Shown here: positions 35,885 to 48,800 of the stretch, in pieces
How the letters are laid out: the number at the start of each line of letters is the position of its first letter
How positions within the stretch are numbered: position 1 is the first letter of the stretch
The notes under the pieces: model-generated
What the model was told of the DNA's origin: nothing
The model's database searches: none
The model's input: the letters and a program-made list of their open reading frames with translations, nothing else
Assembly (NCBI GenBank): GCA_002269645.1
Contig: NIVC01000166.1
Span: 310,001 to 374,000 of the forward strand
Source: Macrostomum lignano
Taxonomy: Eukaryota
Length of the DNA stretch: 64,000 nt
Direction of reading: 5' to 3'
Position numbers and translations under genes: made by a program

Positions 35885-38800
35885 ATGACAGTAGCAGCCG
35901 AGGCAGGCCAGCCTCGCCAAACTCTGCCTGTTGACCAGTTAAATAGCAAAACTTATTGCGGAGCTGGCAGCATCATGATGCCCGGAGGTCAAGCTGCTCA
36001 GAATCGGTCGCCGCAGCAACCGTTAGACCAGCCACCGCAGCAGCCGCAGCCATCGAAAACAGTTCGCCGTCATCCCAATGCTGCCGAGCCAACCCGAGCC
36101 GAGCTGTTGAAGTACCTGGCCTGTCTCGAAGGCGAGTTAGCCGCCAGAGACGCTGCCATTGACAGCTTGCGTCAGCAGAGACAGGAGCAGCTGTTGCAGC
36201 AGGCTCGCAATGGTCGCTACGGCCTGGCCGATCCGTACGCTGCTTTGCAGCGGGATAGCGAGATCAACTCCACGCCCGGCTTAGTGACGTCATTCGGAGC
36301 ATTCTGCGAATCCGACATTGACGAAGCGGCTTTGAAATCGATGTATGACAGCGAATTGGCTGCTCTGGAGAATCTTATCGATATGCAGAGTCGAGCTCAG
36401 CAACGGATGCGCGAGCAGATCAATCAGGTTGAACGGCGGTACAGGCGAGTCTGCTCGGAGCTCGAGACCGAACGGCGCAAGCACGAGAAGGACGCCGCGG
36501 AGGGGGATGACGTGCTGGCTGGGCTGGAGAAGGAGCGGGAGCGGTTGCGGTGTGAGGTGAGCAGTTTGGATTAACGGATTTGGGTTAGTGAGTTAGATTG
36601 CGACCTGAATGTTATTCTGGCTACCGTTCAGGCTACGATATGAAGGGATGAGATGCAGGCTACGTTATGAATGAAGGGATGAGATGCAGGCTACGATATG
36701 AATGGAGGTATGAGATGCAGGCCACGATATGAAGGGATGAGATGCGGGCTACGATATGAAGGGATGAGATGCAGGCTACAATATGAATGAAGAGATGCGA
36801 TGCAGGCTACAATATGAATGAAGAGATGAGATGCAGGCCACGATATGAAGGGATGAGATGCAGGCTACCGTATGAAGGGATGAGATGCAGGCTACGTTAT
36901 GAATGAAGGGATGAGATGCAGGCTACGTTATAAATGAAGGGATGAGATGCAGGCTACGATATGAATGAAGGTATGAGATGCAGGCTACGATATGAAGGGA
37001 TGAGATGCGGGCTACGATATGAAGGGATGAGATGCAGGCTACAATATGAATGAAGAGATGCGATGCAGGCTACAATATGAATGAAGAGATGAGATGCAGG
37101 CCACGATATGAAGGGATGAGATGCAGGCTACCGTATGAAGGGATGAGATGCAGGCTACGTTATGAATGAAGGGATGAGATGCAGGCTACGGTATGAATGA
37201 AAGGATGAGATGCAGGCTACGATATGAAGGGATGAGATGCAGGCTACGGTATGAAGGGATGAGATGCAGGCTACGATATGAAGGGATGAGATGCAGGCTA
37301 CCGTATGAAGGGATGAGATGCAGGCTACGATATGAAGGGATGAGATGCAGGCTACGGTATGAATGAAAGGATGAGATGCAGGCTACGATATGAATGAAAG
37401 GATGAGATGCAGGCTACGATATGAAGGGATGAGATGCAGGCTACGGTATGAAGGGATGAGATGCAGGCTACGATATGAAGGGATGAGATGCAGGCTACGG
37501 TATGAATGAAAGGATGAGATGCAGGCTACGGTATGAAGGGATGAGATGCAGGCTACGATATGAAGGGATGAGATGCAGGCTACGGTATGAATGAAAGGAT
37601 GAGATGCAGGCTACGGTATGAAGGGATGAGATGCAGGCTACGATATGAAGGGATGAGATGCAGGCTACGGTATGAATGAAAGGATGAGATGCAGGCTACG
37701 ATATGAAGGGATGAGATGCAGGCTACGTTATGAATGAAGGGATGAAATGCAGGCTACGTTATGAATGAAGGGATGAGATGCAGGCTACGATATGAATGAA
37801 GGGATGAAATGCAGGCTACGTTATGAATGAAGGGATGAGATGCAGGCTACGTTATGAATGAAGGGATGAAATGCAGGCTACGTTATGAATGAAGGGATGA
37901 GATGCAGGCTACGATATGAATGAAGGGATGAAATGCAGGCTACGTTATGAATGAAGGGATGAGATGCAGGCTACGATATGAATGAAGAGATGAGATGCAG
38001 GCTACGATATGAATGAAGGGATGAAATGCAGGCTACGTTATGAATGAAGGGATGAGATGCAGGCTACGATATGAATGAAGGGATGAGATGTAGGCTACGA
38101 CATGAATGGATAGATGAGATGCAGGCTACGATAAGAAAGGATGAAATGCAGGCTACAATATGAATGAAGGGATGAGATGCAGGCTACGGTATGAAGGGAT
38201 GAGATGCAGGCTACGGTATGAAGAGATGAGATGCAGGCGATAATGGGATAGCACAGTTTCAATTACAACAAGTCTGCAAACGGATCAAAAGCCCAACCCA
38301 ACGCCGCGCCATACCAGCTGGAATTCGAGCGGCAGCAGAGCCGCAAGCTGGACCGCGAAGTCGCCCGGGTCAGCCAGGCCCTCGCCGACGAGCGCGCCCT
38401 GTCAGATCGGCAGCGCCGCGTGGCGCTCTCTCTGATCCGCGACCGGCGCGCCCTGACCAGCCGGTTGAGCGCCCTGCAGTCGCGCTGCCAGCAGCTCGAA
38501 CGCGAAGCCGCCGCTGCCGAGGCCGCGGCCGCCGCCGAGCTGGAAGCCGCCGCGTTGGCGAATCGAGTCGACGCCGAGCAGCGTCGAGCTCGGGACCTCG
38601 CTGCCGAGGTTGAACGACTGCGAGCCCTGCTAGCGGCGGCCAGCCACCCAGCCAGTCAGCCCGGCGGCCTGTTGAAGGTCAAGCCGGAGCCTCCGGTCCG
38701 ACGGACGCCCGGCCCGACTGTGACAGCGGCGGCGGCGGCTTCCTCGAAGCAGCAACAGCCGGCTGGCGCGAAATCTTCGACAAAGCATTCTCAGCAGCAG

Positions 38801-41800
38801 CAGCAGGTTTGTGCAGTGAATGGGAAGTGACTCTAATTTGCGTATGTGTTTAATCTCTACAAAGAGTTTGTATAGATTATTTTTTAGACTAGACAGTCTA
38901 ATTGAAGTGTCGGTTGAATTTGTGTCAGTAAAGTGTGACTAAAAATGTGACTGTAGAATGAGGCTCAAGTGTCAGTAAGTTGGGGCTAAATGTGTCAGTA
39001 AATTGGGGCTGACATGTGTCAGTAGAATAAGGCTTGTGTGTCAGTTAATTGGAGCAAAAATGTGTCAGTAAATTGGGGCCGAAATGTGTCAGTAGAATGA
39101 GGCTTAAATGTGTCAGTAAATTGGGGCTGAAATGTGTCAGTAAATTGGAGCTAAAATGTGTCAGTAAATTGGGGCTGGAATGTGTCAGTAAATTGGGGCT
39201 GAAATGTGTCAGTAAATTGGAGCTAAAATGTGTCAGTAAATTGGGGCTGAAATGTGTCAGTAAATTGGAGCTAAAATGTGTCAGTAAATTGGGGCTGAAA
39301 TGTGTCAGTAAATTGGGGCTGAAATGTGTCAGTAAATTAGGGCTGAAATGTGTCAGTAAATTGGGGCTGAAATGTGTCAGTAAATTGGGGCTGAAATGTG
39401 TCAGTAAATTGGAGCTAAAATGTGTCAGTAAATTGGGGCCGAAATGTGTCAGTAGAATGAGGCTTAAATGTGTCAGTAAATTGGGGCTGAAATGTGTCAG
39501 TAAATTGGGGCTGAAATGTGTCAGTAAATTGGGGCTGAAATGTGTCAGTAAATTGGGGCTGAAATGTGTCAGTAAATTGGGGCTAAAATGTGTCAGTAAA
39601 TTGGGGCTGAAATGTGTCAGTAAATTGGGGCTGAAATGTGTCAGTAAATTGGGGCTGAAATGTGTCAGTAAATTGAGGCTGAAATGTGTCAGTAAATTGG
39701 GGCTAAAATGTGTCAGTAAATTGGGGCTGAAATGTGTCAGTAAATTGGGGCTGAAATGTGTCAGTAAATTGGGGCTGAAATGTGTCAGTAAATTGGAGCT
39801 AAAAATGTGTCAGTAAATTGGGGCTGAAATGTGTCAGTAAATTGGGGCTGAAATGTGTCAGTAAATTGGGGCTGAAATGTGTCAGTAAATTGGGGCTGAA
39901 ATGTGTCAGTAAATTGGGGCTGAAATGTGTCAGTAAATTGGGGCTGAAATGTGTCAGTAAATTGGGGCTGAAATGTGTCAGTAAATTGGAGCTGAAATGT
40001 GTCAGTAATATGGGACTAAAATGTGTCAGTAATATGGGGCTGAAATGTGTCAGTAATATGGGGCTGAAATGTGTCAGTAATATGGGGCTGAAATGTGTCA
40101 GTAATATGGGGCTGAAATGTGTCAGTAATATGGGGCTGAAATGTGTCAGTAATATGGGGCTGAAATGTGTCAGTAATATGGGGCTGAAATGTGTCAGTAA
40201 TATGGGGCTGAAATGTGTCAGTAATATGGGGCTGAAATGTGTCAGTAATATGGGGCTGAAATGTGTCAGTAATATGGGGCTGAAATGTGTCAGTAATATG
40301 GGGCTGAAATGTGTCAGTAATATGGGGCTGAAATGTGTCAGTAATATGGGGCTGAAATGTGTCAGTAATATGGGGCTGAAATGTGTCAGTAATATGGGGC
40401 TGAAATGTGTCAGTTTGTAAACAAAATTGAGTGTTCGGTGGCAAAATAACACATTTATTATTAATAAATCATATTTACTTTGCTAATCGTTGCCTCTAAA
40501 TTTCGACGCTTAAATTTATTTAAGGAAATCTATACAATATTCTAACATGCCGCTTGTGATGAGTTGTTAACACGACGATTTAATATTTCGCTTCGGATAA
40601 CGAGTCATAATAACTGTTAATGTTTGTCGATTTTTTAAACTCATATTTATGTTATCTTAATTGTTTTGCTATCAAGTGCTTTGAGTGCTTTAGCTGAAAT
40701 CGGATATTTACTCTTTGTCTGATTATTAATCAGTTTTTTATTTCCTTAATTGTTTTAAAAGCTCGCCTTGATATCTAGTCAGTCCTGTTTCTTATGCCCA
40801 AGGACGTCAAGGAAAAATTAGACGTCTGGATTGGAAGTAGGCGATTTAATAACATCACAGCTACAATTGCTTACCCAAGAGCACAAATTGTCAATAATGT
40901 TGCATTATTTAATATTTAGTAACCCCGGTTTCTTTGTTAATAAAAATTTGTTATAATGAATACAATCTATGGGAAAAATCGATTATTTTATTGCAAAACT
41001 TTTTTATTTTTATGATTTTTGAATCCAAATCCATTATTGGTTGTAGATTTCTTTCTTAGAAATCTGCCTCACCTCGCGTTCCTGTTATGGCAATCGAAAA
41101 TCACAGAATACAGAATATGATCAATAAATAACCATATTGCGTTGTGAACTTTTACCTGATTGTTTAATCACTGATGCCACATTGTACTTATATATAAATA
41201 TTATTGCAGTGTTTTGTATCTGTGCAAACGTAATGCTTAGGGCCTTCAAATATTGATTTTCAATAATTTTATTGTGTTTTATGCGACCAAAATCCTGTTT
41301 TTAAAAATTTATGTTGTATATTTTTTAATTAAAGCAAACATGTACTCCATGTCCCTTCTATTGTGTGCATGTACTCAGTAGTAGCATGTATAGTAAATTA
41401 TTATTTACATGTACATTATAAACCAATGTTAAAAAATTGAATATTAAAGATTCAGATTGAGTATAAAAAGTAATGGGTAAAATTATTAACTAAGTGTGAA
41501 GACTGCCTACATTTTTGATGCTTTTCTCTCTGGTAAATAATTGCGCAAGCTTTTTCTATTCAAACGATGCACTTTCATGCACACAGCAATCTGTATATTG
41601 TAACTATTTTGCTCGTTTTGACGGTCATTTGTGTTTATATCTGTTTATAGTATATATCTATATATATATCTATCTATAGAAGCTCTAACTTTTATACCTT
41701 AACAATGGTTATAACAGTAACACTGTGCATATAGATATGCTTAATAATCCTCATTATAACAAAGCAACATGTTTGCTTGGCTTTTCTCTGTCTTTTTTGG

Positions 41801-44800
41801 CGTGTAACACATTGCTAAATAATAATAACAACAACAACTAATTTAACAATTAACAGCGTTTGCAGTTCAAATTATTTATAATCTGATGCTTAACTTGTTG
41901 GCCTGTTTTAGTCTCTATTAGCTTTGGACATAGACATTTTGCCTAAGCTACACTTTGAGAGCGAGGGGAGGCTATTTGTGGGGTCAAAGCCCCAACCACC
42001 ACTCACTACCATAGACTATTAATTTGTTTTTCTAATAAATAAGCTTCATAAATTCCCGCGCAGTCAATAGAGTTTTGGCCATAGACATTTAAGTTACACT
42101 TTGAGAGCGAAAGGAGGGGGTGTTGGGGCGGAGCGCCGGAGTCCCACTCACTACCATAGACTATTGCAGTTAATATAGTTTTGGCCAGAAACCACCACCA
42201 CCAGGCTCTAGTCAACATTGAAAATTCCATTATTAATTTTTAAAAATCTAAAACAAAAGTAAACGGAACTGACTAAAGGTAATCGTATGTACTTGGGATG
42301 TACTTTATATTACACATATATTACCGTTTTTGCCAGTAGATATAGATGAGACCTGCGAAATCCTTTATACATACTCGTACTGCTATAATGTGAGGATTAA
42401 TTGCACTTGCCCTTCTGGCAGTTTAGCAGAATAATTTATTGCCCGTTGATCTGTCGGGGGGATCTCTGGCTCTCTGCGTGGCACTTCTTGGGATCTTGGG
42501 ATTTTAAAAAAAGTATTTTTGTTGGTTAAGCGTGTGTTATTGCATAGCCAGTTGTAGTGTAGCATATGAAGTATGAAGTTTTTGTAGTGTATAATTTACA
42601 AAGCTTTTTACCAATTTTCAACCGGTAGACTAACTGCCATTATGAGGCAATTGAAGATTCGAAGAGTTCTGCTGACTGTTACTCAGACCTGTCTGCTTCG
42701 ATCGGATCAGGCAATGGTGAGTCGGCCAGTGAGATGATTGAATATTTTGTAATTTAATTTACTGAAGCACTTTTTTAGTGTGCTGTATTTGCAGACTATA
42801 TTATAAAGCCTGTACTGTAAACTTTATTATACAGATTGTACTGTAGCCTGTAGTATACAGTCTACTGTAGTCTAGTAAACAGTCTGTACTGTAGTTAGTA
42901 TACAGCTTGTACTGTAGCCGGTAGTATACGGCTTGTACTGTAGTATACAGTCTGTACTTTAGTATACAGTATGTACTGTAGCCTGTAGTATACAGTCTAT
43001 ACTTTAGTATACAGTCTGTATTGTAGCCTGTAGTATACAGTCTGTACTGTAGCCTGTAGTATACAGTCTGTACTTTAGTATACAGTCTGTATTGTAGCCT
43101 GTAGTATACAGCCTGTACTGTAGTATACAGTCTGTACTGTAGTATACAGTCTGTACTGTAGTATACAGTCTGTACTGTAGTATACAGTCTGTACCGTAAT
43201 ATACAGTCTGTACTGTAGTATACAGTCTGTACTTTAGTATACAGTCTGTACTGTAGTCTGTAGTATACAGTCTGTACTTTAGTATACAGTCTGTACTGTA
43301 GTCTGTAGTATACAGTCTGTACTGTAGTATACAGTCTGTACTGTAGTATACAGTCTGTACTGTAGTATACAGTCTGTACTGTAGTATACAGTCTGTGCTG
43401 TAGTATACAGTCTGTACTGTAGTATACAGTCTGTACTGTAGTATACAGTCTGTACTGTAGTATACAGTCTGTACTGTAGTATACAGTCTGTACTGTAGCC
43501 TGTAGTATACAGTCTGTACTTTAGTATACAGTCTGTACTGTAGTCTGTAGTATACAGTCTGTACTGTAGTATACAGTCTGTACTGTAGTATACAGTCTGT
43601 ACTGTAGTATACAGTCTGTACTGTAGTATACAGTCTGTGCTGTAGTATACAGTCTGTACTGTAGTATACAGTCTGTACTGTAGTATACAGTCTGTACTGT
43701 AGCCTGTAGTATACAGTCTGTACTGTAGCCTGTAGTATACAGTCTGTACTGTATGTAGTCTGTATAAGCATACATGCGCAACAGTCGGCCGAGTCGGCCG
43801 ATCCGGCCGACTGATTTGGCAGCCAACCAAGGAAGTCGCAAAAAATGCCCACCCAAAAAATACCCACGCAGTAGTACTAAGTAGCTGACGAGGCATTTTT
43901 GCCTGATAAGACAGTCATAGTTACTCCCGCCGTTTACCCAAAGTTGCGTTAATTTTGCTTTAGGGTTTTTTTACATGTAAGTCGCATTTTTGGCCAAAAA
44001 CTACGTCGCATTTTTGTTAAAACTAAGTCGCACGGCCGACCGAATTTTGGACGTTGCGCATGTATGTGTATAAGACTCGTACAACACTAGCAGTTGTACA
44101 TTGATGTCACCGCCAATCAATCCAGACAGAAGCAGCGGCTCGATCTCCTGCAATATCCGTGTGTCTGTTCGTTTGCCCCGCCTTGGCAGTCTGCCAATCG
44201 TCTGTCTGGCAGGTGTCAGACGCCTAGCATTGGGGTCGCTTAGCAACAGACAGGACGCTGTCGATCGAATTCGATTATCGATTGACGATTGCGCCAATCA
44301 ACTGCTGGTGGAGTGCCTGGGTGCTGATGAGGCTGATTTGGAGATGCTTCAGGTAAGCTTTTGTGAATTTGTAAGATTTTAAGATTGTAAGATTTTGTGG
44401 TCTGTGTACAGCCTGCTGTATTGTCTGTGTACAGCCTGTGTTATTGTCTGTGTACAGCCTGTGGTATTGTTTGTGTACAGCCTGCTGTATTGTCTGTGTA
44501 CAGCCTGTGTTATTGTCTGTGTACAGCCTGTGGTATTGTTTGTGTACAGCCTGCTGTATTGTCTGTGTACAGCCTGTGTTATTGTCTGTGTACAGCCTGT
44601 GGTATTGTTTGTGTACAGCCTGCTGTATTGTCTGTGTACAGCCAGCTGTATTGTCTGTGTACAGCCTGCTGTATTGTCTGTGTACAGCCTGCTGTATTGT
44701 CTGTGTACAGCCAGCTGTATTGTCTGTGTACAGCCTGCTGTATTGTCTGTGTACAGCCTGTGGTACTGCCTGTGTACAGCCTGTGTTATGATATGTGTAC

Positions 44801-45572
44801 AGCCTGTATTATAGATCGTGTACAACGTGTTGCATTCTGTGTACAGCCTGTTGTAGTGTCTGTATACAGCCTGTTGTAGTTTCTGTGTACAGCCTGTTGT
44901 AGTGTCTGTGTACAGCCTGTATTATGGACCGTGTACATCGTGTGGTATATTCTGTGTACAGCCTGTACCAACTGTCCCCAATGGTCAAAGCCCATGGGGT
45001 GCTTCAGCGCTCTGCAGGTACATTGGGTACTTGCTCATCAGCTGAGATCATTTGTGAATTTAAACCCCGCAGTCCCGCTGCTACGAACTGTCTGGGCCAA
45101 CAGCTGTGCCGGCATCACCGTCGCCTGTGATTCAAGGCACAGTCGGCATTGAAGATCCCGCCGAGGCCAGCGGCTGCAGTCTGGCCAGCGCTGTGGCCAC
45201 CGGATTTCCGCCCGGCTGGATTCGCCGCTGCCAGCTGACGCTGTGGCGCCACTCTTGCCTGATCCTGGCCGGGCCGCTGCACTGCAGCAAGCGGCACGCT
45301 GCCCGGCACCTGGCGGAGGCGATGCAGCGACGGGCACAGCTGGACGGCCTGTCAATGCGGCAGCTGAGCCACGACTGCCTGGACTGGGAGGCCTTCGATG
45401 CCTGGCTGGCCGCGGCGGGACTGGGCGACGACTCCGATGCTGATGATGATGCTGATGCTGATGATGCCAATGATGCTGGCCGTGATTCTGCGGCTACTGA
45501 TGGCGGTGAAGATAGCCCGGCGCTATGGTGAGGGAGGCAGGCAGACAGACAGACAGACAGACACTAAGATAA

Positions 45573-45604
<32 letters not shown>

Positions 45605-45649
45605 GCACAGACAGACAGACAGAAAGACTGACAGACAGACATAAAGACT

Positions 45650-45705
<56 letters not shown>

Positions 45706-45813
45706 GGCAGGCAGGCAGGCAGGCACAGGCAGACAGACAGACTGACAGACAGACAGACAGATAGACAGGCACAGACAGACAGACAGAAAGACTGACAGAC
45801 AGACATAAAGACT

Positions 45814-45877
<64 letters not shown>

Positions 45878-48800
45878 GGCAGGCACAGGCAGACATACAG
45901 ACAGACAGGCAGGCACAGGCAGACAGACAGGCAGGCACAGGCAGACAGACAGGCAGACACTAAGACACTAAGACAGACAGACACTAAGACAGACAGACAC
46001 TAAGACAGACAGACAGGCCAGCAGACCATATGAGCAATGGCTTTAACCAATTCCAGGCAAATGAACGCATCGCAGCAGCGCAACCAGCCGCAGGTTCTGC
46101 TGCTGCAGCTGCACAGACTGGAGTTCGTGCTGGACAGCCCATCGTTGGCCAGCTTGCTGCACCGCTGTCGGCGCAGTAATCGACAACAATCTAGCCGACG
46201 TCTTGGTGGTCGTCAAAAAGGTCGGTATCGTCGGCGGCTGATACTTTTAGGCAGTCTGGGCGCCAGCGACCTGACCGGGGTGCCGCAGTCTCTGCTGCTG
46301 GACGCTGTGCCCGATGCCGGCTGGTGAGGCTTTGTGGGGTATTAACTGTTAAGTTGAAGTGACACCTAATTTTAAAGGGCATTCTGAAAACTGATGAAAT
46401 GTGTCAGTAGTCAGGTGTCGATAGGATGTGTCAGTAGGTCAGGTGTCGATAAGATGTGTCAGTAGTCAGGTGTCGATAGGATGTGTCAGTAGGTCAGGTG
46501 TCGATAAGATGTGTCAGTAGTCAGGTGTCGATAGGATGTGTCAGTAGGTCAGGTGTCGATAAGATGTGTCAGTAGGTCAGGTGTCGATAAGATCTGTCAG
46601 TAGGTCAGGTGTCGATAAGATGTGTCAGTAGGTCAGGTGTCGATAAGATGTGTCAGTAGGTCAGGTGTCGATAAGATGTGTCAGTAGGTCAGGTGTCGAT
46701 AAGATGTGTCAGTAGGTCAGGTGTCGATAAGATCTGTCTATAGGTCAGGTGTCGATAAGATTTGTCTATAGGTCAGGTGTCGATAAGATTTGTCTATAGG
46801 TCAGGTGTCGATAAGATCTGTCTATAGGTCAGGCGTCGATAAAATCTGTCTATAGGTCAGGTGTCGATAAGATGTGTCAGTAGGTCAGGTGTCGATAAGA
46901 TGTGTCAGTAGGTCAGGTGTCGATAAGATGTGTCAGTAGGTCAGGTGTCGATAAGATGTGTCAGTAGGTCAGGTGTCGATAAGATGTGTCAGTAGGTCAG
47001 GTGTCGATAAGATGTGTCAGTAGGTCAGGTGTCGATAAGATGTGTCAGTAGGTCAGGTGTCGATAAGATCTGTCTATAGGTCAGGTGTCGATAAGATTTG
47101 TCTATAGGTCAGGTGTCGATAAGATTTGTCTATAGGTCAGGTGTCGATAAGATCTGTCTATAGGTCAGGCGTCGATAAAATCTGTCTATAGGTCAGGTGT
47201 CGATAAGATTTGTCTATAGGTCAGGTGTCGATAAGATCTGTCTATAGGTCAGGCGTCGATAAAATCTGTCTATAGGTCAGGTGTCGATAAGATGTGTCAG
47301 TAGGTCCGGTGTCGATAAGATGTGTCAGTAGGTCAGGTGTCGATAAGATCTGTCTATAGGTCAGGTGTCGATAAGATGTGTCAGTAGTCAGGTGTCGATA
47401 GGATGTGTCAGTAGGTCAGGTGTCGATAAGATGTGTCAGTAGTCAGGTGTCGATAGGATGTGTCAGTAGGTCAGGTGTCGATAAGATGTGTCAGTAGGTC
47501 AGGTGTCGATAAGATCTGTCAGTAGGTCAGGTGTCGATAAGATGTGTCAGTAGGTCAGGTGTCGATAAGATGTGTCAGTAGGTCAGGTGTCGATAAGATG
47601 TGTCAGTAGGTCAGGTGTCGATAAGATGTGTCAGTAGGTCAGGTGTCGATAAGATCTGTCTATAGGTCAGGTGTCGATAAGATTTGTCTATAGGTCAGGT
47701 GTCGATAAGATTTGTCTATAGGTCAGGTGTCGATAAGATCTGTCTATAGGTCAGGCGTCGATAAAATCTGTCTATAGGTCAGGTGTCGATAAGATGTGTC
47801 AGTAGGTCAGGTGTCGATAAGATGTGTCAGTAGGTCAGGTGTCGATAAGATGTGTTAGTAGGTCTGGTGTCGATAATATGTGTCAGTAGGTCAGGTGTCG
47901 ATAAGATGTGTTAGTAGGTCAGGTGTCGATAAGATGTGTCAGTTGGTCAGGTGTAATCTGCTCACCATTCTCACTCCATAATCTGCTCACCCTAGCTGGA
48001 CTCTACTCTCAGTCCTGGAGCAGCCGGTCTCTGGTTTGGCATATCGATGTCTTAAACTTCGATGGCGGCAACTACTTGCTGAGTCTGTCTCAACATCGAC
48101 ACGATTCTCCAGCTTCGCTGACTCGATGCCGCCAATTCTGAGTTGGATTGGAAACCTGCCGGAGCAGTGCAACAGATGCTTGATGAAGATGCTCAGTTCG
48201 TTGGACAGGCAGAGAAGTCTGGACCATCCAATCGGGCCGTCAATGTTTTTGTCGTGTCCGGTGACTTTGGATTCGGATCTGCTAGAGGAGCAGGTAATAT
48301 ACTGTTACTGTTTTGTATATCTAGTTCATATTATTGCTCGTAGAGTAGGACATGGTCCAATGAACCAACCTACTGACATATCGGCCCTGAGCCTACTGAG
48401 AAATCAGCCCTGAACCTACTGAGAAATCGGCCCTGAACCTACTGAGAAATCGGCCCTGAGCCTACTGAAATCAGTCCTGAGCCTTCTGAGAAATCGTCCC
48501 TGAACCTACTGAGAAATCGTCCCTGAACCTACTGAGAAGTCGTCCCTGAACCTACTGAGAAATCAGTCCTGAACCTACTGAGAAATCAGCCCTGAACCTA
48601 CTGAGAAATCGGCCCTGAACCTACTGAGAAATCAGCCCTGAACCTACTGAGAAATCGGCCCTGAACCTACTGAGAAATCAGCCCTGAACCTACTGAGAAA
48701 TCGTCCCTGAACCTACTGAGAAATCGTCCCTGAACCTACTGAAAAATCAGTCCTGAACCTACTGAGAAATCAGTCCTGAACCTACTGAGAAATCAGAACT

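Noticed and set aside
39049-40452. LKCVSKLG / THFSPILL repeat ORFs
   Set aside because: Stop-free by-products of a 24-bp unit in an intron; the frame is broken by an indel near 39800.
43004-45984. Tyr/Cys-rich and SVCL ORFs
   Set aside because: Translations of 19-bp, 23-bp and CAGA repeats.
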